In this document: positions 42,601-60,961 of the stretch, piece by piece
Numbering within the stretch: position 1 is the stretch's first letter
Layout of the letters: every line of letters starts with the position of its first letter
Assembly (NCBI RefSeq): GCF_009914755.1
Contig: NC_060936.1
Length of the DNA: 64,000 nt
Strand: one strand, 5' to 3'
Source of the DNA: the human T2T-CHM13v2.0 reference genome, Homo sapiens
Made by a program: the position numbers and the translations under genes
Notes under the pieces: model-generated
Told to the model about the DNA's origin: nothing
Databases searched by the model: none
The model's input: the letters and a program-made list of their open reading frames with translations, nothing else

Positions 42601-44184
42601 AGTTAGTCTGAGGTTAAAAAAACTGAGTTTAGAATTTGAAACGTTGATTTAGGAAAGTTTGTCAAATATCAAAAGTTTAAAACGCTTGCTCAAAATAGGA
42701 TCACAGATCATTATAAAATAATAGTCATTAATTTAGCTAAGTGATAATGAAAACATTTTAAAAAGCAAAACATTTTACTCTTCAACAGAGAGGACACTCA
42801 GTTTCCCAATTATAAAACCTGACAAAAACACCATAAGGGAAACAAAAATCTGTCTCTCCCTCTCTCCCCTCTCTTTTTCTTGTAGTCTAATGAAAAGTTA
42901 AACAAAAATATTTTTCTGTCTCTTATTAATACTATACAAAAATCTTATTCAAAAAAGAAATCCAAATTCTACCTTTGTGTTAGTGTATAATTAATGTTCA
43001 TGCTAATTTTAATAAAAACTTGTAAGCAAATATATCCAATCTCAATCAGTTTTAACCATAAGATTTTTATAAATATTTTATAACCTCTTACAATTTTTCT
43101 CATTTTTTCCAACTTTTTATATCCATTTAGTTTATCGATTTTTAAATTTCTTTAATATAATCCAACTTTTAAAAGCTAAAACCAACTTTTAGAAGCCAAG
43201 TAAATTTCGTTACTTTCCCTGTAACAAAAACCACATTCTCATGCCTTTTTATAACTTTTCTTTTCAACCAAAAGTCCTTCCTACTTTCTTTATATACTTT
43301 ACATATGGAATTGTTTCTCTTATATCTAATAGTTTTAATTACATATATTAATTAAATGTTTACTCTTAATAATCCTTATTTTTTATGAAAAGCCTCAGCA
43401 GTAAGCAATTTTAATCATGTACGAGATGTAATGTCCAGGACAAAAAACAGAGCTGTGAAGACAATGCTTAGAGGATATAACCCCTCTCAGCATGGCCAAG
43501 AGGCACAGCTGAGCAAGGGAGGAAAGGGCCTAAGTGTTGTCCCCACACCCCACTATGGTCACTTATCTAGACTTCAGAATCTAAAGGCTCAAATCCAAAG
43601 ATGTAAGCTCACAGACAAATTATTCAAGTATTAAAAATAACATAGAAGCAACAGTTTTATGACCTTAAAACATTTATCAGGACAGTATAAACCTGTCTGA
43701 CCAATAGACCCAGGCAAAATTGTCTAAATTATATTCTAAAGATGTTTTTATTTACAATTTAACAAACTATTTGCCAAAGATTACTAAAATCATACGAACT
43801 TAAACAACATTTAAGCTTATTTACCTAATTTATGAGTGCTCATTTATTTATAAATCAATTTGGTACCATATAGATAGTATACAAACAGACAATACACATG
43901 TACACAGAAAACCATAGACAGACATCAATAAAGGCTTTATAGTTTTGATTTTAGAATTTTAGCCATGAGAATAGTAAAACTCACTAATTTAAAGGGACAG
44001 CGGGAGGAAAACTGTGCCTTTATAAATGGAAAACTTTAAGGTTTGTCCTGAGAAACGCTTATTGAGTTTTAGAGAAAACCAGGTAGCAATTTATATCTCA
44101 AAGCATATACATAGAGATAATTTAAGCTTTTTCAATAAGGAGTTTGTTTGTGTTAGAGGAAGATTAAAAATGAATGCCAAGGTA

Positions 44185-44346
44185 GACCAGATACAGTGGC
44201 TCATGCTTGTAATCCTCGCACTTTGGGAGGCTGAGGAGGGTGGATCACTTTAGGTCAGGAGTTTGAGACAAGCCTGACCAACATGGTGAAAACCTATCTC
44301 TACTAAAAACAAAAAACAAAAAAGAAAGAAAGAAAGAAAGAAAGAA
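44185..44346 (+). mobile_element. Alu left monomer with (AAAG)n tail, inside the provirus
   Basis: TSD gccaaggta on both sides. Confidence 0.85.
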
Positions 44347-45364
44347 GCCAAGGTAACACAAAATGATAGGAATTTACCATAGAATTGTATAAAGAGAACA
44401 ATTTCATTTCAGCAGATAGCTGTTAATTTAGTTCTGTTTTCTAACTAGATCACTGAGCTCATGGCAGAGCCCATTAAGGAACAGGGCCAACAGTGCATTT
44501 GCAATTTTTAGGGCCTGATATTTTAAATACATGAAAAGCAGTTGTAGTTGGAAGACAGAACATTTAACCCTTTAAAAACCAATGATCTCACCCTTGAACT
44601 GAATCGTGGGTCCCCCAAAAGAGGAAAACACCATGGGCAGGGCCATGCAATGCTTCCACAGTGCACTGTGCTACAGAGACATTTCTCTAAGTGTTTAGAT
44701 TGTGCCTTTCTTATTTAAACATGAAAAAAATAACTAGCCCCCTGTCGTAATAATCATTTATTGTAAATGACTGCTGTCAGTCACCTCTAAAACTGTAGCT
44801 CTTGCCAGGGACTTGCAGTCATCATAGACACAAAGGGCAAGTGTCCTCTCAGTAAAAAATAATCTCTGCTACTCCCAAAAGCCCAAGAGATCAGGTGATA
44901 AAATACAAAAGAGCGCATAGTTTTAGAGCTGAGAGGAATCTGTCCACAACTCTTTAGACTCTACAGGAAGACAGGAGACCCTAAAATGGGGTGAGCGATG
45001 CTTTTTTCTGTGTTCCATAAGGGATCTGAGTCATTAGATGTCCCCATAGATCTTTTCATGTGGTACCAAAGATGGCAAAGGGAAAGAAAGAACAGGGAGC
45101 AGTAAAAGTAAATGGGAGAACAATTCTTAAGAAAGGAAGTGAGCAGAGGGACCAGGCACATACTTAAAAAAAAATGTTGGTCAATTGAGAAAAAAATTTT
45201 AAAAACAGAATACAAACGGGAAAAAGCCAAAAGTCCTTTAACATATACCAAAAGTCCTTTAAAATATACCTATATGTATAAGTAGTTTGAATATTAGCTT
45301 TTAATTAAGTGAACTGTTAACCATAGAGCCTTTAAAAAATTATCTTAAAATCTCTTATTATCAG

Positions 45365-45713
45365 ATTATTTATTTACTTATTTATTTATTTTTCTGAGAT
45401 GGAGTCTCACTCTGTCGCCCAGGCTGGAGTGCAGTGGCATGATCTCGGCTCAAGTAATTCTCCTGCCTCAGCCTCCTGAGTAGCTGGGTAGTAGTACAGT
45501 CATGTACAGCTGTACAGCTGTACAGTAGTACAGCTGAGTAGCTGAGTAGTAGTACAGTCATGCACCACCATGCCCAGCTAAGTTTTGTATTTTTAGTAGA
45601 GACAGAGTTTCACCGTGTTGGCTAGGCTGGTCTCGAACTCCTGACCTCAGGTGATCCACCCACCTTGGCCTCCCGAGTGCTGGGATTACAGGAGTGAGGC
45701 ACTGCACCTGGCC
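45365..45713 (-). mobile_element. AluS with an internal deletion and an internal tandem expansion
   Basis: Alu body with gtacag/gtagta-rich reiteration at ~45480-45560. Confidence 0.9.
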
Positions 45714-46205
45714 TTATTCTCAGATTTTAGCTGGGAAAAACAGCCGATATTTCTGGCTTTTGAATTTTTATTTTATTATTATTATTATTTTTTTACCAAA
45801 GACATCCTCCCAAGTGAACCAAGAATATGACTTAACCAAGGATGCATGAGGTGATTCCAGAGAGGTGAATGGGCATCCCAAAAAGTCACACAAACAAACC
45901 GAAAAGGACGGATTTCCTTACTGGAAATCTAATCCAAGCTGTGTGGTAGTCTAATAGTTAATAGTTTCTTGCTTTTGGGGAACGTTTTAACTTTTGGATT
46001 ACAAAGCGAAGCAGCCCTCATTGTTAATCCCGCAGGGATCCAAAGTAGGCAGTTAGAGCAGTTAGAGCAGGATTTTAACTTTGTTTTAGGTCAGAGTTTT
46101 ACTATTTAATTTGATCACGAGAATTTCTAAGGTTGGTCATGACAGTATTATGTGTCTTTCTTTTAATTTGATTTTCCCATCAATTATTTAGAATAAGAGA
46201 GCTCT

Positions 46206-46240
46206 GTTTTTGTTTGTTTGTTTGTTTGTTTGTTTGTTTT
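46206..46240. repeat. (GTTT)n microsatellite
   Basis: Read directly. Confidence 0.9.
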
Positions 46241-46466
46241 AAACTTAGGAGTCTAATTTAAAGTATCCATCTTCTGGCCATTGACAACTAGAATTTCCAG
46301 TGGAAATTATTCCAATAGCAACTCAATCCAATTGCCTTTTTACGGAAAGCCCAGGATGTAATTTTCCAAGTTTAGAAAAAAAGGTGCTTCCTGGAGAGGG
46401 CATAGAAGAAGCAAACCCAAAGACTGCCCCCACCCAAAAAAAAAAAAAAAAAAAATCCACTCCCGA

Positions 46467-47308
<842 letters not shown>

Positions 47309-48025
47309 CCAGGATTAGGCTAAGACAGCGAAAGGCATTTGTTGTGACAGATGTTTAAGGATGGTGTTTGCCTCCAGTAACCCACAAATTTATAAGGGGA
47401 CACCAGTCACAGACCTGCTAATCTGAGACACCCCATATGCCTTCCTGGAATTGGACTTTTCTGGCACTAACCAGGCAACAAGAATGGAAATGACATAAGT
47501 CCTGTAGGGTTGGAACATCTCAAGACAAACTATCCCAAAAGCATCATACGTTCGGAATGAAAATCTTGGGTTCCAGGTCATTTTCAGGCTGACCACCTAA
47601 TGTGATCTGAAAATCATGTGCCCTGGATGGCAGAGACCAAGAGAGAGTGCTTCCATTTGGTCACAAGTCAAACTCTCAGGGACATGGAACAAAAACAGAG
47701 GGAGCCTCAACCAGTGCCCCTCTTTATGACAGCCAAAGTCAAAGGAAAGGACTATTTCTGGGAGGAAAGATATCAAACAATATGAATATTTGTATCACAA
47801 AGTACCAAATAGTACGCTAGAGTCACTGCACCAAGACTAGTCACATAAGTCTTCTTCTCCCATTAATCAGAATTTTGCAGAGGCAACAGTGATTTTTGCC
47901 ATCCACTTGACTGGATTGTACAGAGAGAGATCCTGGGAGCCTGGCTGTAAGAAATTCTTACCCTTTTGCCCATGGATCAGGTCCTAGATTCTCTTATCTG
48001 TAGCTTCCAGAAGAATGGAATTTTG

Positions 48026-48043
48026 ACCCTACCAACTAAGCCA
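48026..48043 (-). other. Primer-binding site, tRNA-Ser-like
   Basis: TGGCTTAGTTGGTAGGGT versus recalled Ser PBS TGGCGTAGTCGGCAGGAT (14/18), 3 nt after the 5' LTR. Confidence 0.65.
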
Positions 48044-48496
48044 AACTCTAGGAGCAAAGGGATAGGTTTGCTGAAAAAAAGAAGTCAACTCACAAAAGGC
48101 AGGCTAATTGGAGAAAGGCATGCTAATTTATTAATGTGTATGCTGTAGATGGGGAGACTTCAGAATGAAGACCCAATCCCCTAGTGGGTCGCAGAAACTT
48201 CTATACCATCTTGAGGTTACAGAGAGAATGGGGGATTTGTGCATGGCCAAAAACAGCATATGGTGTAAGTCAGGTTTTAGTGGCAAGACAGGTTATGGGA
48301 GGAAGAGAAGAGACTTGGCTAGCAAAGGTGGTCTTGTTATGTAAATGACACCTCATGGGTAGCAGCCCTCAGATAGACGAACTAGTAACTGTTTCCTTAG
48401 GCCTTTCGAGATGTCGGACTCTCAGTTAATCTTTGCTGGACGTGGACAAGGGAAGGCCTGGCTGCATCAATGCGGATTATCTATAGATGCAACATT

Positions 48497-49220
48497 TGAC
48501 TGCCTTTGCAAAATTATAGCTGAGGAAATTATGACAGTGAAAGAAATCAAACCTAACCCACTCCATCTTGCTTCTAACCTTTAAGCTGTCCCTGTTCATT
48601 CCTGCGCGTAGGCCGCAGTAACTTTGGAAAGGAATTCGGTTCATGATTTGACTCTGAAACAAAATTGATAACAGCCCTTTCCCGAAAAGACCCCCTTCTT
48701 GCCTGGGGACCAGTCTGACTTTGCAGGACTAATAAACTAGCTACAAGATTAGAAATTACAGTTTAGGGGTCATGCAACCTCTGGCTCCAAGAGTCTGAAC
48801 TGCCCCAAATTGTTCCTGGGGATAACATCAGTGTTGTAAAACCTAAGATCAGTGCTTGAGATATTTTGCAGACCCTGCCCTGGATGGATCAGCTGATACC
48901 ACACACACTGGTAATCTGGCTCAATCAGTTCTGCCATCCCACCCAGGAACAGAAGACAGAAAAACTCACCGTGACCCCCATGATTCCATCTTCAACCTGA
49001 CCGATCAGTACTCCCCACTTCCCAAGCTCCAACCCACCAAATTATCTTTAAAAACTTTGATCCCTGAATGCTTGGGGAGACAGATTTGAGTAATAATAAG
49101 ACTCTGGTCTTCTACACAGATGGCTCTGCGTGAATTACTCTTTCTCCATGGCAATTCCCCTGTCTTGATAAATCAGCTCTGTCTAGGCAGCCGGCAAGGT
49201 GAACCCATTGGGCGGTTACA
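48497..49220 (+). mobile_element. LTR8-family solo LTR inserted into the provirus 5' LTR
   Basis: 'tgcctttgcaaaattatagctgaggaaattatgacagtgaaag...cccattgggcggttaca'; flanked by attt; host LTR resumes in register. Confidence 0.85.
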
Positions 49221-49924
49221 ATTTTCCCAGCAAAAGACAGGTTTCGAGGGTGTTACCTCATTTTGCTGGCTCTCTGGTTGTCATTCCAAAATATGTCAAA
49301 GAAATATATTTTGGGGAAAAATATTTTGATTCCCTTCAGAAGGTAGAGGAAACACACATCATACCATTAGCTGGTTTGCCAAATTTTAGTTGTTAGATCA
49401 GAAAACTAAGAAACGGCATTCTTCACCTGGAGCCTGGATTTGTAATATTCAAGAAATTTCATGACCCTTGGAGTCTGCAGGCAGGGTAGTTTACATCACA
49501 TGAAATCTAAACGATGGTCTTACTTCTGGAACCAGAATCTTTACTCTGCCTGGTGCAAAAGAAGTAACTTGCAAATATAGTGTTCATTTAGACTGAAGCT
49601 CATGAAAACTAACTAACTTTGGACTTAGTGACTTTCAGCAAATTATCTAACCTCTCTGGGCTTCAATATCCTCAATTGAAAAATGAAGCAACTGGTCTAG
49701 ATAAGTGGTCTCTAAACAGTTTTCTAAAACTTTTCCTAGAAAGTGCCCCATCCCTCACTTCCAGGGCACAAGCAGACCTGTTAGGACTTTTTCTGATTTT
49801 ACCACAGTCTTTAAAGAATACTTACTGCCGATTAAAAGAAAAAAAAATCATTTTGGAGCCACCAGATTGAATTCTACGTTCCCTTCTAGCATTATCATGC
49901 TAAATGTGAATGCAGTGTGGTTGA

Positions 49925-50250
49925 CATGAATACATTATTCAGATATTTACTAAGCATCTACTGTGCATTGACCACAGTTTTAGGCATTGAGGATAAAGCA
50001 GTAAAGGAGACAAGTCCTTATCCTCACAGAGCATACATTCTAGTTGAGGGATAGATTAATGAACAAAGTGATTACAGGGAATGATTGGTATATTATAGCA
50101 GAGAAAGGGCACGGAAGCAGTGGGGATCTCTCTGAGCAGTGGCATCTGAACAGACATCCAAATGAAGCCAGGGAAAGACTATAAAGACCTGGGTAGAACA
50201 TTCCAGAAAGAGAGAACAGAGAGTGGAAAACCGTGGGCAGACATGAGCCT
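49925..50250 (-). mobile_element. L2 3' fragment
   Basis: 'atatttactaagcatctactgtgc...ttttaggcattgaggataaagcagt'. Confidence 0.65.
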
Positions 50251-50740
50251 GCAAATTTATTTTTTACCACATGAACTAATGATCTAGGTCTCCAGCTTCC
50301 TTAAGGAAGGAAACACTTGATTTTACTGATTAAGGGTATAGGAGTTTCTTCTACTTGAAATGATGTCTTGTCTTAGTGGTTCCTCCTTACCATTCTCAAG
50401 GGCCTCCTCCCACCGCACCTTTGCAGCATGGTATTCAGTTGCAGCAGAGTGAGCATCCCGTCCTGGTGAACTGTCTTGTCCTGCCCCATCCTGTGTATTC
50501 GCCTGGGCCGTTCTTGCATCTATTGAAGTTAATGCAACGTGCCTTGACACTGGCTTTTCTTATGCACTTGAATCTTCCCCATCTATTGGTTAACACTGCT
50601 GTTAACCACTGCCTCCAGTCCCCAGGATTCTGCACCCAAAATTCTGGCACAGTCTGTTCAGAACCTAGGCCTCTGTGGTGCTCTCAGCATTTCTTGGGCG
50701 TGAAACCCCCAGGGGTTTTTCTCTTTCCACGCTGGAGTAG

Positions 50741-51885
<1,145 letters not shown>

Positions 51886-51942
51886 CTACCTTCCATGACT
51901 GCTTTCAGGTACAAATAGCTTAATATATGTACATATATGTAA

Positions 51943-53114
<1,172 letters not shown>

Positions 53115-54064
53115 CTCTCTGAAGCCAGCTACACATTCCAAATCAAAGCCCTACTCTCCAAAGGACAGGAAGCTTTCCAACATGCAACAAAACGCAGACG
53201 TGGGTCTTGAAAAACTGAGCCAAAAAAATCTCACACCAGAAAGCATAGAAGTTTTCCTCCAAAATTGTGTTATAAGTTAAAAGTGCTCTCCTAGAAACTT
53301 TTAACCATTAAATAGTCTATCCGAAGTTAATTATTCTATCTGAGCTAATTGTACATGATCTTTGAGGAAAAAAAGTCAGCAATTACTGAAATATCCTTGT
53401 GTTTTGATGACAGTCATGGCTACAGAAAAAAACCATAAAAAACAAAAAAAAATTGACAGTGGTAGCTGTCATTGTCTGTGACAAGTACTCTCTGCAGGTT
53501 ATAAACCTTGTGCATTGTTAACTTAGACCTGCAATTAGTCCATTCACATTTTGGTGTGATTTAATTGCAAGAATTGTAATTTGAAAGGGAATAATTGGTA
53601 TGAAACCCAATATTATTTAATTTAATTTTGTTTTACTTTATTCTTTTGATGGACCACTCTCACAGAATGAGGAATAATTGATTTCATGGCCCACAGGTAT
53701 CTGATGAAAAATCAATCGAATTAGTGATTTCATTTTGCAATTTACATTTAAATAAAAAGGGATGGAGAGAATTCTTTCAAGAAGTTAAAAAAAATTAGCC
53801 TTACTTAAATGATGTTTAATATAAAACACAAAAACACTAAAATAATTCCAAAGTTAATCTTCTACTCTTCTACTCCACTTTTACTCATGACTTTGCAATG
53901 ACTGGGAACAGGGGTAAGTGATGACATGAAAAATGATGTGGAAAAACAAAAGAGCGAGAATTCAATATAACAGGTTATTTCTATATTTCTTTATTTGGAT
54001 TTAGCCAGTTCATCTGCCCGATATTCTGACCTGTGGGTTTACATAAAGATTTTCTCAGAGACAA

Positions 54065-54280
54065 CTGGGGTATAGTGAAAGGAGCTTTGACACTGTAAAC
54101 AGAAATCGTTTTTTCAAAAAGTCTCAATTTGGCCATTGTTTTTCTGTACGATCAAGTCATAATTTCTCTACTCCTGTTTCTCATGTAGAATAAGGAGTTA
54201 ATAATTTAAACTCCACAATGTTATGGTGAGGATTCAATAAAATAATGCCTGTGAAAATGCTATGTGAAGTACAAACTATG
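54065..54280 (+). mobile_element. MIR
   Basis: 'tgtttctcatgtagaataaggagttaataat...gttatggtgaggattcaataaaataatgc'. Confidence 0.6.
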
Positions 54281-54675
54281 CATGGGAAGATGTTAAATTT
54301 TAAATGAGGGTTTCATTTAGATGGGAGAAGCCTAGATCATAAGCATCTAGTGCCTCAACGTCCTGCAGCCTAGTCTGGGTAGACTGCCTCTCAGAAAAGT
54401 AGAGGATTCTGTTAGCTGCAAGGCAGGTGAACAGCAATGCGGAGCAGGGGGCCAAGGGCAACGTCTAGATAAAGCAAAAATGTATCTGGTATTTACTATA
54501 TATCATGCACTCCAAAGCCAAACTCTTTTTTTTTCTGTAGAAATCCTGCCCATTCCTGCTTATGTGTTAAGGGAATTTGGGTCGTCATTTCAAGAAAGTT
54601 AAGGATAAAGGAAACATTTCAATTTCCATAGTGTTGATAAAGAATTGCAGCACATTAACAAGGTGTATCATTTAG

Positions 54676-54972
<297 letters not shown>

Positions 54973-56531
54973 TAGAGCTTCATTTCAATTTGCATCACTG
55001 TCACATGGCAGTAAATGCTAGGCCTTTTCACAGCTCCTTGCTTTATAGGAAATCTCTATGGAGTCTTTATTAGGAGCCTGTTGTAATGCTTTTGAAAGGA
55101 AATGCAACTTTATGTTCTTTTTACACTCAGGAGTCTGAAAGGTACATTGTTTTTTAAGAGTGCTGCACAGAGCAGAACTAACTTTACCACCTTGAGGTGT
55201 CAACAGTGAGAGAAACGGAGGAAGTCACAACTTTTGAGATGAGAGAAGCTTTTTAGGTAACTATGAGGTGTTTTAAAAAGTACCTTGTCTCTTTGGTAAG
55301 TGGAGTTTCCCAACTCCCGTTCAATGATCTGTCAAAGTTAGAATGCACATGAAAGGTGCATTGAGACAACGGTACTTGTCTGAGAGGGAAACAAAAATTT
55401 GTTTTTTGATGAATCCTTCCAAAATAGGTCAAATTGAAGCTGCTTTGAGGCACCAAGTGAGGAAATCTGATTTTAGCCTTCCTTTTTCCCCCTCTCGGTT
55501 GTAGTTATTCTAAGTGACAAAGAACAAATCATGTTAAGAGAGGTTGACATTTTTAGGAGTTGCTTTTCAAAACATAGAAACCAACATTCTTCTTATTGGC
55601 TGACCTACGTTTGAATGTGTGTTTGCCTTGGGTTAGGAGATACAGCCTCCCAAAAGATGTGGCTCTACCATCATCAGGCAGCTCTTTCTGAGGAATGATT
55701 AACCTATCAGATATATTTTCTTCTCTTTAGTAACAAACCAACGTTCCCCTTTCCGTGCACCCATTTGCTACATCTCCATTCTACTCTGTTAAGATTATGA
55801 CTGTCTCTCGGATTCCAGGCCTTCTCATAGACCTGTCTTTCCACTGTCCAGGAGCAGCTTTGTATTCTGAAATCTAATCAGAGAGTAAGTTCATTCCGCA
55901 AATATTTCTTTTCACAACTGTTTATTGAAGGACAGTGTGTTACAGGCTCTGTGCTAGCTGCTGGAATGCAGCTATGAACCAGGTGGAGAAAGATCCCTAC
56001 CCTACAGGAGCTTACACTCAGGGAAAAGGGGAATCAGCTTCCTTGATGAAATATAAGTTGGTCTATTTAAATTCTTCTCTAGCTTTCTCATCCCAACATG
56101 TGTACCTGTGCAGTTCAAACAGATTCTAGAAAGACTGGGACAGAATTCCTGTTAAGAGAAGATTGCATTTACTGTGCTAGAGCATTTGTTTCTCAGAGCC
56201 CAAAAGCTCTTTCTGCTGTAGATGTCTTATCAAGATTATATGAGGAGAGCCTGAAACATAATCCTTCTCACTGCCATTTCCATATCTCTGCCGTAAGGCC
56301 CTTGTTTTAAATTCTAGAAGGTGAAAACAATTCACAAACAGAAATGATTAATGGCATGAAGGACAGATTTATGGGAAAGGATCTTAAGAGATAAATATGT
56401 ATGGGTTGACTTCAGGAGGCTCTCAGAAATTGTTCTTGGTGATATAGTTAGTGAGGAAGGATTAGCATGATATTAAAGCTAAAACAAAGTAGGGTAGAAG
56501 AGGATGATTCAGGATGTTTGGGAATACATAA

Positions 56532-56828
<297 letters not shown>

Positions 56829-56929
56829 TGGAATACTTAACATTCGTACGATGCTTTACAGGTGAATAACAATACTGGATATCATTGATTAAGGGCTTAG
56901 CATGTGACAAGCACTTACACAAAAAGTTA

Positions 56930-57220
56930 TTTAACAAATATTCGTTAAGTGCCTCGTATGTGCAAGGAGCGGTTCTAGTTTCTGGAGATACGACCTGAAA
57001 CAGAAAAGACAAAAAAATCCTTCCCTAATGGAGCTTGCATTTAGTTGGGGAAGGTAGAATATACACAAAATAAATCAGTAATATATGTTATTGGGTCAAG
57101 TGGTGTTAAGTGCATGAGTGTATGATTATCCGCACAGCTTGCAAAGTAATTTCACAAACATCATTTACTCATTTAACAAATATTTATTGAGAATACAGTA
57201 TGTACCAGCCATTGTGCTCA
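56930..57220 (-). mobile_element. L2 3' fragments
   Basis: Two 'atttaacaaatatt...' L2 ends. Confidence 0.6.
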
Positions 57221-57307
57221 TAACAACCGTATAGTTGTTAGCATTTTAACACCAAAATATTGGGATTTAGACCGGCTAAATGATCTTTCCAAAGTAATAG
57301 AGCTGAA

Positions 57308-57443
57308 GGCAGGGCATGATGGGCTTGTACCTTCAATCCCGGCACTTTGGGAGGCTGAGGTGGGAGGATGGCTTGAGGCCAGGAGTTTGAGATCAGCTTG
57401 GTCAACACAGAGAGACCCTGTGTCTACAACTAAAAAAAAAAAA
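57308..57443 (+). mobile_element. Alu monomer (FLAM/AluJ left arm)
   Basis: 'gcactttgggaggctgaggtgggaggatggcttgaggccaggagttt'. Confidence 0.85.
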
Positions 57444-58409
57444 TTACAGCTGGTAAATTGCAGAGCCAAGATCCAAACCCATATTTTCATTTTCTAAGTA
57501 TAGTCCTCTTTCTGATGCAATAGCTGTAACTTAAAAATCTGAGCCTTGAAGCTTCCTTGTTTCTACTTTCACTCCTTCTGTTGCTGTAAGAGTGAAATAA
57601 ATATGTTTCTAGGGAAGTGGATTTCTACCTTCAGGGCTTCCTGGATATGTGTGTTGCTTGGGCAATATTTTGTCTTCAATTAGATGAGTTTGGATAGCTT
57701 AAAAATTCACTGTGACTTGCAAAAGAAATGTTTTTTAAACCTTTACATTCATACACTTTTCTTTAAATGACTTTAAAGAAAGACATTTACTGTAATGTTC
57801 CCCTCTCTGTTTCATATTCTCTACTTAATTTTATTCCTTCAATTTCCTCTGGTCATATGAATTTTAAAATTAGGTCGTTTGACTCTTTTATAAACTGTAT
57901 TTGGAGGCTCTGTCAAACCTCAGTGAGACTTTGCTGGATTCTTAAAAGCCCATGGCTCTCTGAATTCATCCTTTACATGAGAAAGCAGGGGAGATTCTTG
58001 GAAATAATCTGAGTTGACATCTATTTCTGTTGTTTTACAATAGTTTCCCAAAGTTTGCAGTTTTAAGTAAATTTAGAACAATTGTAAAAAAGTCAGCACA
58101 CAAAGTTGAAAATGGTAAAGTTGTAGGCCAGGGAATTCAGACTTCTTATCCTGAATGTTTACACACGAATTTTTCTTTAGATGTATTTTTAACACTGTCT
58201 CCTTTGCTTTTATTTTTGCCACAAGGTAAACCCACCTCCAGTAAATAGTTTTGAAATGATTTTAAACCAGGGTGAATGCAGTAAGAAAGCCAATATATTA
58301 CAATGAACAGAGCATAGTTAAAATAAAATAGTTGGGTGGCTTGGGTATTTAATAATCTTTAAAAAGATACAAAAGCGATAATCTTTAAAAATATAAAAAC
58401 AACTTTTGT

Positions 58410-58810
58410 TCAATGTAGATATTATCATTGTTAATATTTTGGTATGGCCTATCCTTTCAGACATGTTTTCCCCTGTAAAAAATGGGATCATATGTTGTGG
58501 ACTTCATTTCTTTTTTCTTTGTCCACATCATTTTTATGGCTCTTTAGTAGACTGACATATTATGATTTGTCTAACCATTTGTCTATTGACCTTTTAAATT
58601 ATTTCCGGTTTTTTAACTCTTATTAATAATTTACAGTGAACATCCTTAAAGTAAAATATTTGAACACATCTGTGATTATTTTCTTAAACTAGTTCACAGA
58701 AGTTAAATTGTTAGGTCAAAGTGTATATGGAATTGTGTATATGGAATTCAAAGGCTTTTGTTAGTTTTGTCAAACTGTCCTCAAAATTCTGTATTCCCGT
58801 AAGTAATATA
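58410..58810 (-). mobile_element. Ancient L1M fragment
   Basis: 'cagtgaacatcctt...gattattttcttaaactagttcacagaagttaaattgttaggtcaaag'. Confidence 0.6.
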
Positions 58811-58849
58811 TGGTGAGTTAAAACATTGGGTAAGAAACTAATAAATGCA

Positions 58850-59012
58850 AACCAGGTACAGTGGCATGGTGCCTGTATTTCTAGCTACTTGAGAGGCTGA
58901 AGCAGGAGGACCACTTGAGCCCAGGAATTGGAGACCATAGTGCTCTATGACTATGCCTATGAACAGCCACTGCACTCTAGCCTGGACAGGAGAGCAAGAC
59001 CCAGGCTCTAAA
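58850..59012 (+). mobile_element. Old Alu monomer (FAM/FRAM-like)
   Basis: 7SL-like 'gtgctctatgactatgcctatgaacagccactgcactctagcctgg'. Confidence 0.8.
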
Positions 59013-59699
59013 ACAATCAAGTGAAATCCAAAAAAAAACATTAAACGCACAATACATAATACATAATCTAAAAAAGCACAATACATAATTTAAAAAAGAG
59101 GAGTTCAGATCACATCAGCCACTAAGAATATTCTGTTCCTTCATTTAGGGGGATTTTCTATTTGAAAACCATCCCAAAGAAAGAAAAATGGAACACCATT
59201 ACAGTTGAGGTCTATGTAGTGTACTGAACTGGTAATCTGAAAATCTGGTCCCTAGCCCTGGCTGTGCTGCTCATTTGATGTGTGTGGCTCTGCCAGCCAG
59301 TTATTCTACCTGGGCCTAGTATTCTTTATTCGTAGTGTGACCATACGTCTTGCTCTATGTCTGTGGCGCAAGCATAATAATTAATAGCATTTTCTTTTAC
59401 TCTCAAAGTGGACAATGAAGTCTGTGCTTGTCCCACTTACTTTTATGTGAGGTATTTCCACTGTTAAAATGGATATATGTTGTTTTGCCTGCCCAGCCTC
59501 TTCCCCCTGTTGTTTTCTGTTGTGGAGCCACTGTCTCCCATCATCAGTCAATGTGTCTGCAGCCTAAGTCTATCCCAGACACATGGCCAGCGTGGGCCAG
59601 TCAGAGCACCACAGCCTCTTGGACCCGGAGATGAATCTAAAAATAGCCATGTGACCCAAATCAGGCTCCTGTGAGCTGTCCTCCTGGATTTCTGCAGGG

Positions 59700-60111
59700 C
59701 TGGTGGTGCGCTGGCTCATATTGGTCCGCAAGAGCCAATTATTAAATTTCTAGGAGTTTTGTCAATCAGTTGTTAAACACAGCCATTATTAACAATTAGA
59801 TTATATAAACTTACAATTAAAGTATATTAAAACAAAGGTAGGTGAATACTTCAAACTCACAGCTGCCTTATTATTTTACTACATCTTATATTACCTATCA
59901 TCTTGAGTTATTTATGTGTTTTCACTCTATATGGTGGAAATACTACAGAATGGACTACTGCACATCTCCTCTCAACTCCATGTTTAGTGATGTTAAGTTG
60001 GTAGGTTGAAATTGGCCAGGGTGGGAGTATTTATACCATGGAAATTGGCAAATGTTATAAACCAGATTTTTTTTTTTTCTGGAAAGTTAAACACTTACCT
60101 TCACATCACTG
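59700..60111 (+). mobile_element. MER63B-like hAT transposon within an old MLT1 LTR
   Basis: 'gagccaattattaaattt...tgttaaacacagccattatt...ggtgggagtatttataccatggaaattggcaaa...catcactg'. Confidence 0.75.
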
Positions 60112-60321
60112 GCTTGAACTAATCATTTGCTTTTTACTTTGTCACTATGCTGGTAAAATGTAGTCCTGGAGTAGCAGGAGGGCCATTTCGGTCATTTGGG
60201 GAGGGCTTGCCCAAGAACTCTGCTAGTGAAAAGAAAAGTAGAGCTGAGGGCTACAGAATGATGGGATTCTTATTTTTCCTTTGGCTTTATGGAGGTATAA
60301 TTGACAAATAAAAATAGAGAC

Positions 60322-60961
<640 letters not shown>

